This document shows, in pieces, positions 27,397-42,060 of a stretch of DNA of 64,000 bases. Location: NCBI GenBank assembly GCA_017654855.1, contig CM030332.1:6262001-6326000 (forward strand), given 5' to 3'. The stretch's first letter is position 1, and every line of letters starts with the position of its first letter. The notes below the pieces were generated by a model. The model ran no database searches. It was not told where the DNA came from and saw only the letters and a list, made by a program, of their open reading frames with translations. Source of the stretch: Podospora anserina. Taxonomy: Eukaryota. The position numbers and the translations under genes are program-made.

Positions 27397-28998
27397 GGAT
27401 TATATATATACGAGCAGATATTGTATCATACTGTTGTGTCCTCGTCAATATGGACGACTTTTTTTTTTTTTTTTGATGCTGTTGAAGATAACTATGGGTG
27501 AGGAATTGTGACTGCAGGCTTGATTCAACTGGCGTAAAGCTGTAACTCTCCCAACCAGTTCAGGTCGTATAATCGATCTAGACCTTGTTGAGCTGTCCTC
27601 TCGGCCTACATCATTGGGCGTAAAGTCTCGGTTAAACTGTCTGTGGTGTACCTCGGGGCTGAGAAATACAAGAGTACATCGACACTGGACTCAAACATTT
27701 CTCCGGGAATCAGCAGGCGAATGATTCGGTCAACTGTTGTGTAGTGGACACAAACGAGGGATTTTTATTCTTTTCAGTGTTTCCTTCTCCAGTCCGTTTC
27801 ACGGGTACTGTAGGCGAAGCAGATCGAGAAGGTTCAAGCCACCGAAAGAGGCGCAGAAGAAGAGTCCGGATTCCACAACCCGGAGAACCGGATAAGGCCC
27901 ACGGATGGCGTCAACCGGTGGATCTTTGATAGTCTTGGTTTTGGCCTGTTCCTGCCGCGAAGCCGATTCACCAGTGTGACATCTTATCAGCTGTGATATG
28001 CCGCATGTTTGGTCGTTTCTGTTCTGTTGTACCTGTTGGTTGGTTGGTTAGTTGGGTGTCAATATTCGTTGTCCTCAAAGGGAAAACCATGTCCAAATCC
28101 CATCCAGGCACTCCTGGGTATCTCCCTGACAGGTGACACGCAACCACACGCACCGATGTGTTGGTGGTCCCGGTGAGCATCCAGAGCTGCCGCCAAGATC
28201 AACAGAAGGGGAGCTTGTGGGGGAAAGAGGTTCGGTTCCCGCCAAGTGCTCCAACTGGAACCCCGCACATGTTCCATTTCTCAGCACCGAGACCCCCAAA
28301 TCCGAGAGAACACACCATGGAAGCTGGGGATATCAACCAGTAAGGGATGGCTTCTATCTTCAGCCGTCTGCATGCTGCACACGCCTAGTAGCTGCTGCAG
28401 GTTGAAGAGGTGGGTGGGTGCCCTTTGTGCTTCCCGGGCACCCCCCTCCTCAGAGAGCAAAGAACACGAACACCTGCCGTCTTGAGACCCAACCTCCCAC
28501 CCCCCCCCCTCCACCGCTTCTGCCCTGATCTCCATGCCTCTCGGTGGTTACACTTGTCTTGGGTCTCACGTGTCCGCATATCTGTGGTTTTTTATTTCCT
28601 TGCTTTGAACGTTTCGAAGCTCTTTTGTGAACAATCAAGTTCCAAAGCTTAGCTTCCTGTTCACGATAAACTAGCTACATAGCTAGCGGCTTCATCCCAT
28701 CTCTTCCCACCCATTTGCGGTCAAGCAGCTTGTTGTTCTTTGACCTTTTGCCTTCCCTCTTTTCCCCGCGCGCGCGCGCTGTCATAGCCACCCTTCAAAA
28801 GGCTGGGTGGTCTTCGCTGTCACTGTACAGCATTGTTGTTGTTGCTGCTGTTGCTGTAGCTATTGCCGAATCTATCTTATCGTCAAGGTACCTGACCGTT
28901 TGCCGTGATACAAGTGCGAGCTTGTTGAATTTCTTGAGCTTTGCCATTCTCGATACCGAATTCCCTCGTCTCTCTCGCCAGCTCTCAGCTCCTCTAGA

Positions 28999-29825
28999 AT
29001 GGCAACCATGATCGACAACGACACCATCCCCTCCTACAGCCGAACAACTCTCGACGCCCTCTCCCCCGAAGACTTCGAAACAGCCTCCATTCGCTCCGCC
29101 GCTCCCTCGTACAGTAAGTCCCTCAGCTTTCCCCCCACCCCTTCCCTATTCCCCCAGTACTAACTCTCCCTTCAGCTAGCGACGCTCCCAGTTATCACAC
29201 CTTAAACCCCCACCCAGACCCAACACCCCCCTATTCCCCCCCTCCCCCATCCTCCTCCTCCACGTCCCCTTCTTCCCTCCCCCCCTTACTCCCCCCATCA
29301 ACCTCCCCCACTCCCACCCGGGGCCTCCCCCCGGTGCCCACCGGCCCAATCCCCTCTCCCTCCCTATCCCTATCCTCCTTCCGCATCCCCTCCTGGTCCC
29401 CATCCAACCCCCAAGCGCGTCACTACCACAACGTCGCCCTCCGCCGCGCCGCCTCGTCGTCGACCTCGTCGCCGAACAACGCCTCCCAGGAGACACTGAG
29501 AAGAGTCATGCTGGAGCGCATAGAGGAGGAGGAGTCCCGCCGGAGAATCAGACCGTTGGAAGACCCGTATCTGGTTGGGGAGGCAGCCGCCACGAGGGCG
29601 AGGCAGGAGAGGTTGGCGAGGGAGAATGGGGATGATATCCTGATTAGGGAGAACAGGAGGTGGGATTGGTTTCTGAGGCAGATGAAGGAGCGGGAGGAGC
29701 GAGAGGAGAGGATAAGGCGGTTGGGGGGAGGGGGGGCAAGTGGAGAGGGGAGCGGTGGGAGGACTGGGTTTGGCATTGTTGGGAGGGGGGGGAGGTTGGC
29801 CTTTAGGGTTGGGGGGAGGTCGTGA
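28999..29825 (+). CDS. Hypothetical fungal protein, Pro-rich N half and Arg/Glu/Gly-rich C half; exons 28999-29113, 29176-29825
   Basis: Intron GTAAGT(29114)...CTAAC...CAG(29175) gives in-frame ASIRSAAPSYTSDAPSY and continues into the 29334-29825 ORF (RPLEDPYLVGEAAA...ENRRWDWFLRQM). Confidence 0.75.
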
Positions 29826-30624
29826 TTGATTGGTGAGGTGAAGGCGGCGGTTTCCATCATAAAAAAGGGGGGGGTACACGGCCCCCCTTTTCATGTTGCC
29901 AAGGATTGTGGTCTTTGGGTCTCTTGCTTCGTTTCTTTTACCGTTCATTTCGGGATGCCAATTTTGGGAAACATTTTTGGGTTGCATTGGGTCGGTATCC
30001 CTCTCTTATTTTTCTGTTCTTTTCTTCTCTCGTAAACGAGAAACATTAGAGACGGCGTTTTTTTGGAGGCATCTGGCATGTGCTTCGGAACGCATTTTCA
30101 TCAACATCATCGCTGGGTTGGACGATGGAACATTTTGCTGCGTATTTCTGGAGGAAACACTTTTTCTTCTTCTCTGTTTGGGGTGTAAAAAGTTAGGTTT
30201 AGTCTGTATCCCGAGGGGGAGAGCTCTTCTAGTTAGTCTGGCTAGCCAGGAAACTCAATTTGAAAGCAATGGGTTCTACTTTGTTTGGTGTCTGCTAGTT
30301 CCCAGAGTGACGGGTGCTCGAGCCGACTTACGAACCAGACTAGGGTGACACTATTGTTTGATGAGGATAACGGACTTGCTCAAGGTCTAGTGTATTTCTT
30401 ACACTCCAAAAAAGTGGCAGGGTCTATTTCTCGTATCGAATTCTGTAACCCTGTTTGTCGCCTCCGTCATTCATCCCATGATGCCTATATAAACAAGTAA
30501 ACATCCGTCAACGCCGGGCCAAATGCTACCGATAACCGCCTCTCACCAGCCGCGTCTCGGCATGTTATACACTGTTGTTGTACAAATTGTACCTTCGCTC
30601 GCTTCTCCGGTAAACAAATGACAC

Positions 30625-31322
30625 TTAGCCCTTGCTCTTGGTGTTGAGAATGAGACCGACGATGAGGCTGGAGATGATGGTTAGCACTAGCAGAGTCAGT
30701 TGTTGAGAGGTAGAACATACCCATAAAGACCAAGAACTTCTCCGAAAATGAGAATAAGCACCATGCCGACAAACACTCTCGACTGTTGCATGTACGATCT
30801 GACACCCTTGTCGCCAACAACGCCAATGCAGTAACCGGCGGCGAGACCTGTGAGTCCGACTGACAGCCCACAGGCAAGATGCATGAAGCCGTTGAACAGG
30901 CTGTAGTTGGCACCCCCGGCATCAGGTGGCGCAAGGTCCTGGGCGATCAGGACTGAGATGACGAGGGCGTAGACGGCGATGATACCCGACATGACGACGG
31001 GGATCAGACACTTCATGATCAGGTCTGGCCTGAAGGTGCCCACACCCGCGATACCAATGCCGGCCTTTGCGGTACCATATGCTGCACCCATGCCTGTGAT
31101 GACGATGTCTTGTTAGTATGTCTTCGGATTCGCTGAGGATATTTCGGTGGAGAGTTCGAGAGATGGGTTGAACATACTGCCAAAGATCATGGCTGCAGCG
31201 ATGCCGGCCTGGAAGAGAGTCTGTCAGCAAGCTTGCGATATGCGACAGCCAACAACACCGGGAACTGGACTTACCATTCCGAAGAAGGGCGCGAACTTGG
31301 GGGAGAGCTCCGAGTCAGCCAT
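30625..31322 (-). CDS. VMA11: V-type ATPase proteolipid subunit c' (Vma11); exons 31322-31275, 31208-31178, 31093-30721, 30667-30625
   Basis: [56 protein letters not shown], and the proton-carrying Glu in [20 protein letters not shown]; three canonical introns. Confidence 0.92.
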
Positions 31323-32597
31323 GGTGAGATGTCTCCAATTCAAGACGGATTCGGGTTGTAGATGACGGCTAGAAGCGAATGGGCGACGATAAAGGTGGAC
31401 GTCGGCCAGGCGTAGGGGTTTGGGAGAGCTCGACGTTGTTGTCTCTGCCTCCAGTGCACGACAAACAGCACGGCACAGCTTGGATGTTACGAAGCCGCCA
31501 AGGCCAAGCACCACCCGCAGCTTGGGGGAGCCGTTCAGTGCTAACCTGCCAAGATCAGTCTTCCCTTTGCTTCAGGTGACGGCGCACGTGATATTTCAGT
31601 TGGCTTGGAATACCTTGTTTACCGTTACACAGGGTCACAGTGCCACAGAGCTTGATTTGGGGCCACCTGCATCATCGCCAACCAGACGCGATAAGCAAAA
31701 CAGTCCGGAAACTCTCGCTCCCCTGGTTGGATAAACACGCGTCGTTTTTTTTGTTTTTTTTTTGCACCTGTGTCTGTGAGACTCACCAAAACTGGTTCAG
31801 CTGACCACATGGAATATACGGGATAATGCGAGAAATTAATCATGAGGTGCTTATCATGTTGACCTAAGGTAAGGTAACTAACTGTAATTCGAGATGGCCT
31901 TGAAATTTAGGCCCAAGGTGGAAGAGACAGACAGGGGCGGCGGGATGCTGCGCCCACTCTCCGGCATCCACCCTTGAGGCCCTGTAAGGACCACTTTGGC
32001 CTCGCTGGGTGTGAATGCTCTCCTTTCTGTCGAGAGATTGATCGTGTCGCCATCTGATATCGTGTCTGCCCATTTCCATTCTCTTGAACAGTCGGTGAGG
32101 GATGCGTCCGTACATCTAATCGGCCGCTGTGCACCCCCGAGCCAGCCACTCAGAAGCTACCGGCTCCTAGGCCCATCCGGCCAAAAATTGTCGTTAGGGG
32201 GCAACGTCCAATAACGTCAGCTCTGGCCGTCCGTGACACCGACCGGAAACAATCTCGACGAACGGCAGCCCTTCTCCGACGACACGTTCCTTTACCTGCC
32301 ATTACCTACAATACTCCAGCGATAGCCAGCCGTTGGCAACGGATACACCGTGGTTGTCAGGAGCACGCTGGGCTTTTGTAGCTGGCCGAGACCATCGTTT
32401 GCCTGCCCTGTGAGGTGCGACATCTAGACCAGACCGTTCCCCGTCGAGGTAGCCGGCGAGACGTCGACACCGAGATACGAGTAAGTTTATTTCCTTCCCC
32501 ACTTTTTGCTTCCATTCTCGAACAGGAGGGCATCCCGCCGCCCATCTACTAGAATACCCAACCCAGATTCGGCTGCTGATGGGATACACACGCAGAT

Positions 32598-35500
32598 ATG
32601 GCCGATTATCAACCGGACCGAGTGCCACAGTCGAGGCATCACCAGCAGGGACATGCCGACACCTACCAGCGAGATGCCGCCTTCTCCAACATCTTTGGCG
32701 CCGCACCGCCCCCGGGCCGTTCGCAGACTATGACCTCGTCCGTCCACCCGCCCGAATTCATGCAACCGGGTCGCACCCAAACTATGACATCCACTTCGGG
32801 CATGTCGGACATGCAGCGACCTCCGCCTCAACGGCCACCTCATGGCGGGGGAGGAGGAGGAGGGGGAGGAGGATACGGCGGGCCTATGCCGCGACAGCGG
32901 CCGAACGACCGAGGAGGGTACGACTACTACCAGGCGCAAGGTCAACCGCGCTCGGCTTCGACCGGAAACCAGGTCCCGTCGCCCCAGTTTCTTCAGCAAC
33001 AGCAACAACGGCGCCCCTTCCCCGGAAGCCCGCCGCCGCAGCAGGGGCAACAGGGCTACCCGCCTCAGCACTATAACCAGCAATATCAGCAGCAACCGCC
33101 GCCGCGCAGGCCACCTCAGGGGTCGCCGCCCCAGGACTATCACAGCCCTCAGCAAACCGCAACCCAACGGTTCTACCAAGGCGGCAGACCCGCTCCGGCG
33201 ATGAATGCCGACCCCTATCGATCTCAGTCTCTGGCGAGCTATCCGAGAGGACCCCCGATGTATCAACCTCCTCCGCAACAATACCAGCAACAAGCCCCAT
33301 CTGCCAACGCCCTTCGCAATGCTCAGTATAGTAACCAGCACTCGGCGCGGACCACCGCACAGGGCCGGGTTGTGCCCGAGAGACACTTTGAGGATCGTTC
33401 CAATACCATGACCGGTTATCCCTCCCACGATCGAGATTCTCACCAGACGATGAGTGGCCGCGTGATTCCGAATAGAAGGCCGGCGGGGCGCGACAGTAGC
33501 GGTGGTCATTCGGTGACGGCAGACTATCTGGCCAATAGCTCGCATAGCTCGCCAAATCCAGGGCATGCTATGGGGTACGGCCCCCCCGGATCTCAGACAA
33601 GGACGGTCAGTATGGCCTCCTCAGTTGGAAACGACAGCCAAAGGACAATGTCGATGGCCAGCACCATCACACCTTCGATAGCCCCAACAGACAGAAGCGA
33701 CACTACGATTGTTCAGAGGTCATCTGTAGGCAGTGAGAGACCACCGACAGCCAGAATTCGGCCACCAATTGTGTACCCGGCTCTCCTATCTCGTGTTGCC
33801 GAGTGTTTCCGGCGAAAGATCGTGGTGGGAGACAGGACCAAGAACGAACTGACATACACCAACGCCTTCAGCGGTGCCGAGGCGGTTGATGTTTTGTCTT
33901 ACATTATCAGAACCACAGATCGAAACCTGGCTTTGCTACTGGGGCGCGCACTCGACGCACAAAAGTTCTTTCACGACGTCCAGTACGAACATAGGTTGCG
34001 CGACTCGACCTACGAAATGTACCAGTTCCGCGAGACGATGTCGGACGAAGCGAACGAGGAACCGGGGGTGAACGGTGTCTTTGTACTGCTCTCCGAGTGT
34101 TACTCTCCAACTTGCACCAGAGATCAACTGTGCTATTCTATTGCATGCCCAAGACGACTGGAGCAGGTGTCTAGGCTCAAGCTGACTATGGGTCCTGGTC
34201 TCAAAAGAGAAGGAGAGGCCACGGTTGGTGACGATGATGTTGATCAAACAGACGAACAAAGACTCTGGATCAACACCGTTCCCAAGGAAATTGCTGACAG
34301 CATCGGAGATCGTGAAAAGAAGAGACAGGAGGTTATTGCGGAAGTCTGCTACACGGAAAGAGATTTCGTCAAGGACTTGGAGTATCTTCGTGACTTTTGG
34401 ATCTTCCCACTGCGTGGAAAGATCAACGGCATGTCGCCACTTCCACCACAGAGACGAGAAAAGGTGGTCAAGACGATTTTCAGCAATATCATCGATCCGC
34501 CAAGTATCCACGCCGTCAGCTCCAAGTTTGCCAGGGCACTTACGGAGCGTCAGCAAAAGACGCCGGTTGTCAAAAACATTGGTGACGTGTTCCTGGAGTA
34601 TGTGCCGCACTTCGAGCCGTTCATTCACTACGGTTCCAAGCAGCTGGAGGGCAAGCACGAGTTCGAAAATGAACGGGCCATAAACAAGGACTTTGCGCTT
34701 TTTGTGGATGAAATTGAACGGCGGAGGGAGTCGAGGAAACTGGAACTGAACGGTTACCTGACAAAACCGACGACGAGGCTGGCCAGGTATCCGTTGCTGT
34801 TGGAGAACGTCTTGAAATACACTGAAGACGGCAACCCTGATAAGGAGGATATTCCCAAGGTGCTGACCTTGATCCGTGATTTCCTCAGCAGGGTGAATGC
34901 CGAGTCTGGAAAGGCTGAGAATCGTTTCAACTTGCGCAGACTTCACGAGAACCTCAAGTTCCGTCCCAACGAAAGGGTCGACTTGAAGCTCACACATGAG
35001 GGCCGTGAGATGGTGTACAAGACTCAGTTCAAAAAGACGCCGACGGAAACGACAGCCGATATCACTGCTTACTTGTTTGACCATGCTATCCTTTTGGTTC
35101 GGATCAAACAGGTGGGCAAGACGGAGGACATTAAAGCGTATAGGAGGGTAAGTGATCGGGACAGGATGTTCTTAGACACAGGGCTAACATGGCTCTAGCC
35201 GATTCCGCTGGAGCTTCTTTCCATCAAGGAGATGGACGAGGTTATTCCGCAGTCTGGTTCCGTCAAGAGGACATCGTCTAGTTTACTGCCTCTTCGCGCG
35301 GCCAATGACACCAAAAAGGGCGAATGGCCCGTCACTTTCCGGCATCTAGGCAAGAACGGTTACGAGCTGACGCTGTATGCTTCGAGCCAGTCCGGACGAC
35401 AGAAGTGGCTCGAGTTCATCGATGCTGCGCAGTCCAAGCTGAGAGCCCGTGCCGACTTCTTCAACACGACTGTCATCTCGTCTGGCTTCTTCTCGCCCCA

Positions 35501-36673
35501 GAACAAGATCAACTGCATCACGCCTTTCGATGGCGGTCGTAAGCTTATTTACGGTACCGACAGCGGCATCTACATGTCGGATCGTCGCGCCAGGGACGGA
35601 AACGCAGCACCGCGCCGTGTGATAGACGTGACGGGTGTGACGCAGGTTGATGTCCTGGAGGAATATCAGCTTCTGCTGGTTCTCTCCAACAAGTCGCTGT
35701 TGTCGTATCAGCTCGGCGCGCTGGATCCCAACGAGCCGCTCTCGTCCAAGAGGGCCAAGAAGATTCAGAACCACTGTAACTTCTTCAAGTCGGGTATCTG
35801 TCTGGGGAGACATCTTGTCTGCTGCGTCCGAAGCAGCGCGCTGTCTACCACGATCAAGGTCTACGAACCGAACGACGCCATGTCCCGCACCAAGAAGCAA
35901 AAAGGTCTCTCCAAAATGTTCAACGCCGGCCAGGACGAACTCAAGCCGTTCAAGGAGTTTTACATCCCCACCGAATCGACGTCGGTCCACTTCCTCAAAT
36001 CCAAACTGTGTGTCGCCTGCGCTAGAGGGTTTGAAGTTGTTTCTCTCGAAACGCTGGAAACGCAATCGCTGCTCGACCAAGCCGACACGTCACTGGATTT
36101 CGTGTCGAGAAAGGAAGGGGTCAAGCCTATTCACATTGAGCGCCTTAACGGGGAGTTTTTGCTGAATTACAGCGAGTTTTCGTTTTATGTGAACAGGAAC
36201 GGGTGGAGGGCGAAGCCGGAGTGGAGGCTGGACTGGGAAGGGTCACCGCAGGCGTTTGCGTTGAGCTACCCGTGGATTCTGGCGTTTGAGCCGAACTTTA
36301 TCGAGCTGAGGCATTTGGAGAATCTGTCGGTGCATATTGTGCCGCATAGGAACTTGAGGATGCTGCATTGCAGCACGCATGAGGTGAGTTTCAACTCTGG
36401 TGACACTTGACATTGAACTTTACAAGTTTGTGTTGAGAGAGAATGGCTGGGAACTAACGGGTTGTACAGATCTTGTTTGCGTACGAGGATGAGCAAGGAC
36501 AGGATGTGGTTGGGGCGATTGACTTTTGGAAGAGCCAGAGGGGGAGTATGTACCCTGTTGATGGGGCGGCGCCGGCAGCGTTGCCGTCGATAGAGGGGGG
36601 TGGCCAAGGGGCGGCGTCGGGTACTTCGGGGCAGCAGCAGCAGCAGCCGCCTAGGTTGACGGTGAATATTTAA
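32598..36673 (+). CDS. Rho1 guanine nucleotide exchange factor (Rom2/Rgf1 type; DEP-DH-PH-CNH); exons 32598-35147, 35199-36383, 36470-36673
   Basis: DEP region (NAFSGAEAVDVL...DRNLALLLGRALDAQKFFHDV), DH domain (KRQEVIAEVCYTERDFVKDL...KPTTRLARYPLLLE), PH and CNH regions; canonical introns 35148-35198 and 36384-36469. The start codon is less certain because a GTAAGT donor at 32481 suggests an upstream intron. Confidence 0.92.
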
Positions 36674-39600
36674 GTTTATCAAGAAGGGAAAGGGAAAGTA
36701 ATATTCCGGTTTGGAAGTCTTTGAGTTCAAAGTAGGGGGGGGGGAGCGGTTTGCAGACGGGGTTTGAAGGAAGAGGAGCAGTAGCAGCAGGGTTGGAATA
36801 TCTGGAAGAGTTTTCTTTTTCTTCAAAATTTCGGGAAGTTTCTATTGTAGTGTGGTTGGGATCGTGTAGTGATGTTTTTGTCTGTCTAACTTTTTTTTTC
36901 TGTTTGTTTTCTACATAACTCACAAGTCCAAGGTATTGTTACCTTTTTAACATGAGCAAGAAAGTTTTTGTTGGAAAAGTTTTGGGGGTATAACTGGAGA
37001 AACAAGGGGGCAGGGGGGTTTTTTGAGTTGGGTGTAATGCTAGGAAGGTTTGAAAGACAGATGGGGTTTTTTTTTTTCGCGTGTGTTGCGATGTTGTTTT
37101 TGCTTTGTGTTTACTTGGGAGGGAAAAGCATTTAGTTTATTTGTTAATACCTATGTGTTTAAAGTTCTCAAGGGGGGGTGATGGCTTTTTGTCTGTTGAG
37201 ATAGTTTTGGGTGAGAATATAAGGGTGTCGAAAGTCAGTTTGTGTATTGTGCAGAATGTAGGGTTTGTTGATGACTATGTGGTACAATGATGAATGCAAG
37301 GGGGTTGGGAGGGTAGGTAGCCGATGTCATTATCAGAAGGAGGCTTGCATTCATTCAGCTTTGGTGGTGGTGTGAAGTGGGAGGTAGACATGGTACGGCT
37401 AAACTGTAGAGTTAAACAGGACGGAGGATCATGACGAGTGCTACTACCGATGTCCACGATGGGGGAGGTTGAAGGAAGCTTTTGGGAAAGTGAACCCCCG
37501 AGAAAGAGATTATGGACGTGATGTCCGCAGATTTGGCATCTGTGCGGTTTGTTGTGGCAGAATTGATCATCACCACCCTTGGTGATTCTTGGTTGGGTTA
37601 ACGGGAATTCATGCACCGGATCGACCGATTGATCGGCTTCTGGGATTTGTGGATGGTGTGGTTGACTCTAGAGAAATCTTTCTTTTTCACTTCGAGGAGT
37701 TGGGAGAAAAGGATTGGGTGGTGTTGTTGGGTCGGGAAGCAGGGGGGGACGGACGGTTGATCCGCTGTCACTTTGCAGGTGATGCATGTTGATGATGCAT
37801 GGTGACCTGACGGGAGACATAGGTAGGTACGAAGCTGATTTGACAGATCAAGGGAGAGGTCAAAAGAAAGGGAAATGCCACCGATATCGCTGTTGAGGAG
37901 GGAGGAGGGGGTTGGATTGTGAGACTTTTTCCTGTTTGCCATGTTAATAGACACACTGAGTCTTGTCGTAGTTGAGACGGGTACAGAAAGGGAAAAGGTC
38001 TGGGTTGTCTTTTGATATGTTATATTTTTTCTTCTTCCTGTCGTCGATTTCTCGATGAAGCCAGGAGAAGGCCAACGGGAGTGCCGAACAGCCAAGTTGT
38101 CAGTGTCTCTAGACGAATGCCAGCGTAGCTCTCGCTTGCTTTTTGGTTCTCGAACGGACCGATCTTGGGCAGTTTGCAGTCCGGTTGCTGCTGCGGTGCA
38201 CCACTGCACCTCTGCCCTGTTGATGAAGCAGAAAAAAAAAGATATTGCACAGACGCCCAAAGTGGGAAGACGAGGGATCGACGTTGTCCAAAAGGGGGTT
38301 TTGGTCCTGGTTTTGCATTCCCAAATCAAGAATAGGGTTTTGGTTAGCCTAGCGAATGGACATGCAGCTACTTTGTCTTGCCGGTGAGGGCATCTCGATG
38401 GGTGTTCAACAAACGTCGTTGGACATTGTCCTCCCCTCCTAAATGGAGGATTTCTTGTGAGACTCCGTAAACGCGCGTCATGTTGCACTCAATCGACAGG
38501 CAAAAAAGTGATAATCAGGGGATCAATGGAGAGGTGGACGGTGGGAGATACCCCGCTATGAACTCACCATGGAGCCATGTTGGTGTCTCTCACTGTGACT
38601 TGCAGTAGTGCTGAGATAGCTCTCAGGTGTGATTGTGATGTATGCCGAGTTGATCCGTCTGTCTTGGAGGAGGCTCAACTTCTTGTTTTGCATCAACGCA
38701 TATCTCTCATCACATTGTTATGAAGATGATGCAAAAGCAGCAAGACAGAGTATTGGTGACAGCTGTCAACCCCCGAGCCGTCGAACGCCGTCACAGTGCA
38801 CTTGTAACCGTTACCGAATGTTACGGTGACCATACCCAACCGTTGCCCAGTCCTATCCGCTAACAAGGGTCTCCCCAGACTCGAGATATTGTGGGGTATC
38901 AGTAACGGGGGGATGCTGGGGAGTGAGAAGCGGGAAAGGGGTCTCGCGGACAGGGGCATGTGACGATTTCAAATGTGAAATTGACATGTGTCGGGTACGG
39001 GAACAACGGGATCTTTTTATTTTCCCTCTTGCTCTCTAAATTCTCCTACCGGGCGGTGGCGGCAACAAGGAAAAGGAAGAATGCGCTCGGGCTCTTCACA
39101 GACACAGACAACAAGAATTCGGATCGAAGGGAGATCAGGGCCGAGACCTTGTTGGAGGGGGGAAAAAACCCAGGATCTACGCCAGACAGGAACGGGTGGA
39201 GGAGTGACTGGGGGAGAGATGAGAGTCGGCTGTCCCCGGTGACATGACCCTTCGGAGCAACTCTGCGAGACATTTCACTGTTCTCCCTTGACTCTATCTG
39301 AGCGATAGACGGTGATGATGTGGCCATGGAAAGAAAAAATCCCGACAGCCTGGTTTTTGTTGGATTTGGGGCGGTGGAGAGCTATCTGCTGTGCGACTCG
39401 AACTGCAAAAACCCTTATGAGAATCCTGGCAGCTGAACCCCCAGATAAACAGTTTGAGGTCATTCTCTCCATCATTTGCGGGGAGAATGAGAGAAAAGAG
39501 AAGGTTTCTGCGCTCATCATGTATCATCTAGAATGCAGGAACAGGGGTGTGTGTGTAGGTGGTGTGTCGCTAAGATGGGCGTGTGTATGTGTGGGTAGGA

Positions 39601-41227
39601 TTTGGACCCGCGTACTGCGTCCAACAAGTTAGACAACTTTGGCATTTTTGTCGAGTGTGGTGGTCCAATCAGAAGGACAGGATTGGTGGTTCAAGACAGA
39701 TTTCTCATATGACTTCTTTTTCCTTTCCGTCTGATCTAACGTCGTGGTAGATCTCCGCAAGCCAAGCAGCCTGGCGGATCTGACGGGTGGACGGATGAAG
39801 CTTATCTCAACTTGGAAAGGAATGAAAAACCTGACGGGGAACAATGAGCTAACGGCCCGGCCGCTTGGACAACCGCTCAGTCTAGCCCCGACTGGGGGCG
39901 GAGGGGGAGACAAGGCCATCAGGTACTTGTCTTGTCTCTTTTCTTACCCTCTCTTTCGGTCGTCCGAGATGATTGATTGATAGCTACCCGGATCTAAGTA
40001 CATAGATACAACATGATGGGAGAGGCTAAGACAAGCTATGCATTTCTGGGTCTGGGTGACCGACTGATGGTGATGTATTAATATCCCTCTGACGTCTCCC
40101 TCACATGCTTGCCCTCGGCCGTTCTTTTTTCTCTTATTATTTGCTGCGTGGACTATTACTTTTTGTGCTCCTATCCACTGCACATCGTCGTCATAAGCTG
40201 TCATAATCAATACATCTCGACGACCGCTCTTATATGGTCTGATATCAGTTGTTACTACCACCGGCAGCTACCTCCACAACCACTCTGTCTACGAGGTATC
40301 GGTATTTGTGTCCATCTACCTACTCCCGACCGCCAAAATGAACGCCTGCCCATGTGCAAACTATTACAATGTATGCTTTCGCTATCGTCGCTTGAATCTT
40401 GGTGACGGATATTAACGGCTCTGACTTACATAGAGACCCAACCCGAACCGTTGCACAAATTACGTATCCAAGTTCGGCGAGCGGTGTAAGCTCTGCGTCG
40501 TGAGTCATATCCCCATTCCTCTCGGAATTTGTCAAATGTGCAATTTCTAATCAGCTCTCACAAATTCTCAGACAGTCAAGGACGGCCAGTCAATGACGCG
40601 AGGCTTGCTGCCCGAGGATGAGCTGTGGATGACTGCCACACCGGGGTACAATGACCAAGCTTATGGCAGTGGCGGCCAGGGATCCAAGAGTGGCAATAAG
40701 AAATCTGGGAGCAGCAGTGGCGGGTACATATCCTCGTGGTTGAGGAAGTGACTGAGGAAGATGAAGTGACTTTTGGCTTTTGTCGGAATATTGGTGCTGG
40801 ACACCATGGCGCATGGGAAAGCCTTACTATAGGCTGGAGTTCACGGGGAAGGGATACTGGAGTCTTGGAGTTGTACTTGGTTTCGTGATGGGATGGGAAA
40901 AGGTACAGACTGAACTTTGGGATTTGGCAACTTTAGTGGAAGGGGCATTCAACTGGAACGATACCAAATATACTATAGACGGGGTAGGAACAATCAACAC
41001 AGGACTTTATCATATACAATAACGGTTCATCAAGCATCAAAGCTATGCTCCCTCTTTACAATCCAAAAGTGATACCCCCATGCGCCGCCCCGTACCTAAC
41101 TCCAAAAAAAAATGATCATATCTCATACTCAAAAGAAATGGTGGGCTTTTTTTTTTTTCCATCACACGCGTGAAGTTGGACCCCCCGGCCCTACCCAGTC
41201 TCAGTTCCCGCCAGCACGCCTAGACAA

Positions 41228-41906
41228 TCAGTACAACCTCCTCTGATACCACCCCCTTTCTTCACCTTGCGCCAGTCTCATCAGCTCCTCCTTGATCCTC
41301 TTCCGTCTCTCCGCTCTGCTGATTGGTTTCTGTGGCCCTTCCTCCCCGTCTTCCCCTTCTTGCTCACCATCGTCTCCTTCTGTCTTCTTCTCAGCCTTCT
41401 TACCAGTCCTCATCCACCCAAGCAGCCCCCCCTCCTTCTTTTCCTTCTCCTCCACCTGCTTCTTCTCAGCCAGCACCTCCTCCTCAGTGGGAACAGTAGG
41501 AACAACAGAGATCACCACCTCCCTCTCCCGTTCCAGCTCCTTTTCCTTCTCCTCCTCCAACAAGATTTCTTTCAGTGGTCTCGGCGGGCGGGAGATATTC
41601 TCATCCTCGATGATCACTATCGTCCCATCCTCGAGCTCAGTGGTCGATTGCTTGAACCGATCAGGGAGGAAGATTTTGGGGGAGGGTTTAGGGCGGTTGA
41701 TGCTCGCTCTAATTTCGCGGAGGGTGCGTTGTTGGATTGTGTACCCTGACAGGAAGAGAGCTAAAGTGAAGAAGAATACTATTTTGCGGAGGGGGTGGGT
41801 GGGTGGAATGTTAGTGACATGGAACATGGGACACGGGAAGGACGGGTAGGTGCATACCGACGCCGGAGGAGACGGCTATGGAGACTTGGCTGGAGGTGAG
41901 GAGCAT
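41228..41906 (-). CDS. Hypothetical fungal protein with an N-terminal transmembrane anchor and charged C-terminus; exons 41906-41858, 41778-41228
   Basis: MLLTSSQVSIAVSSGV joined by intron GTATGC...CTAAC...TAG to VFFFTLALFLSGYTIQQRT; C-terminus SRAERRKRIKEEL...YQRRLY. Confidence 0.78.
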
Positions 41907-41908
41907 TG

Positions 41909-41942
<34 letters not shown>

Positions 41943-42060
41943 TGGGTATGTGTGTGTATGTGTGTGTGTCGTCTGTCCCTCGTTGCTCGTGTGTGCGTGT
42001 GTGCTTGTGGTTCCCGAGAGGGTGAGGTATATATATATATATATTTATATGTATGTATGT
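41907..42060. repeat. Compound microsatellite: poly-T, imperfect (TG)n, (TA)n
   Basis: Visible directly: ~20 T, then TGTGTG... to ~42003 and TATATA... at ~42028-42045, in the divergent intergenic region between the hypothetical gene and prp38. Confidence 0.9.

Noticed and set aside
32487-36080. Minus-strand ORFs of 359, 382 and 244 aa
   Set aside because: Antisense shadows of the RhoGEF coding exons.
37598-38488. 296-aa minus-strand ORF as a protein-coding gene
   Set aside because: Non-ATG start, no domain motifs, and codon usage unlike the confident genes.
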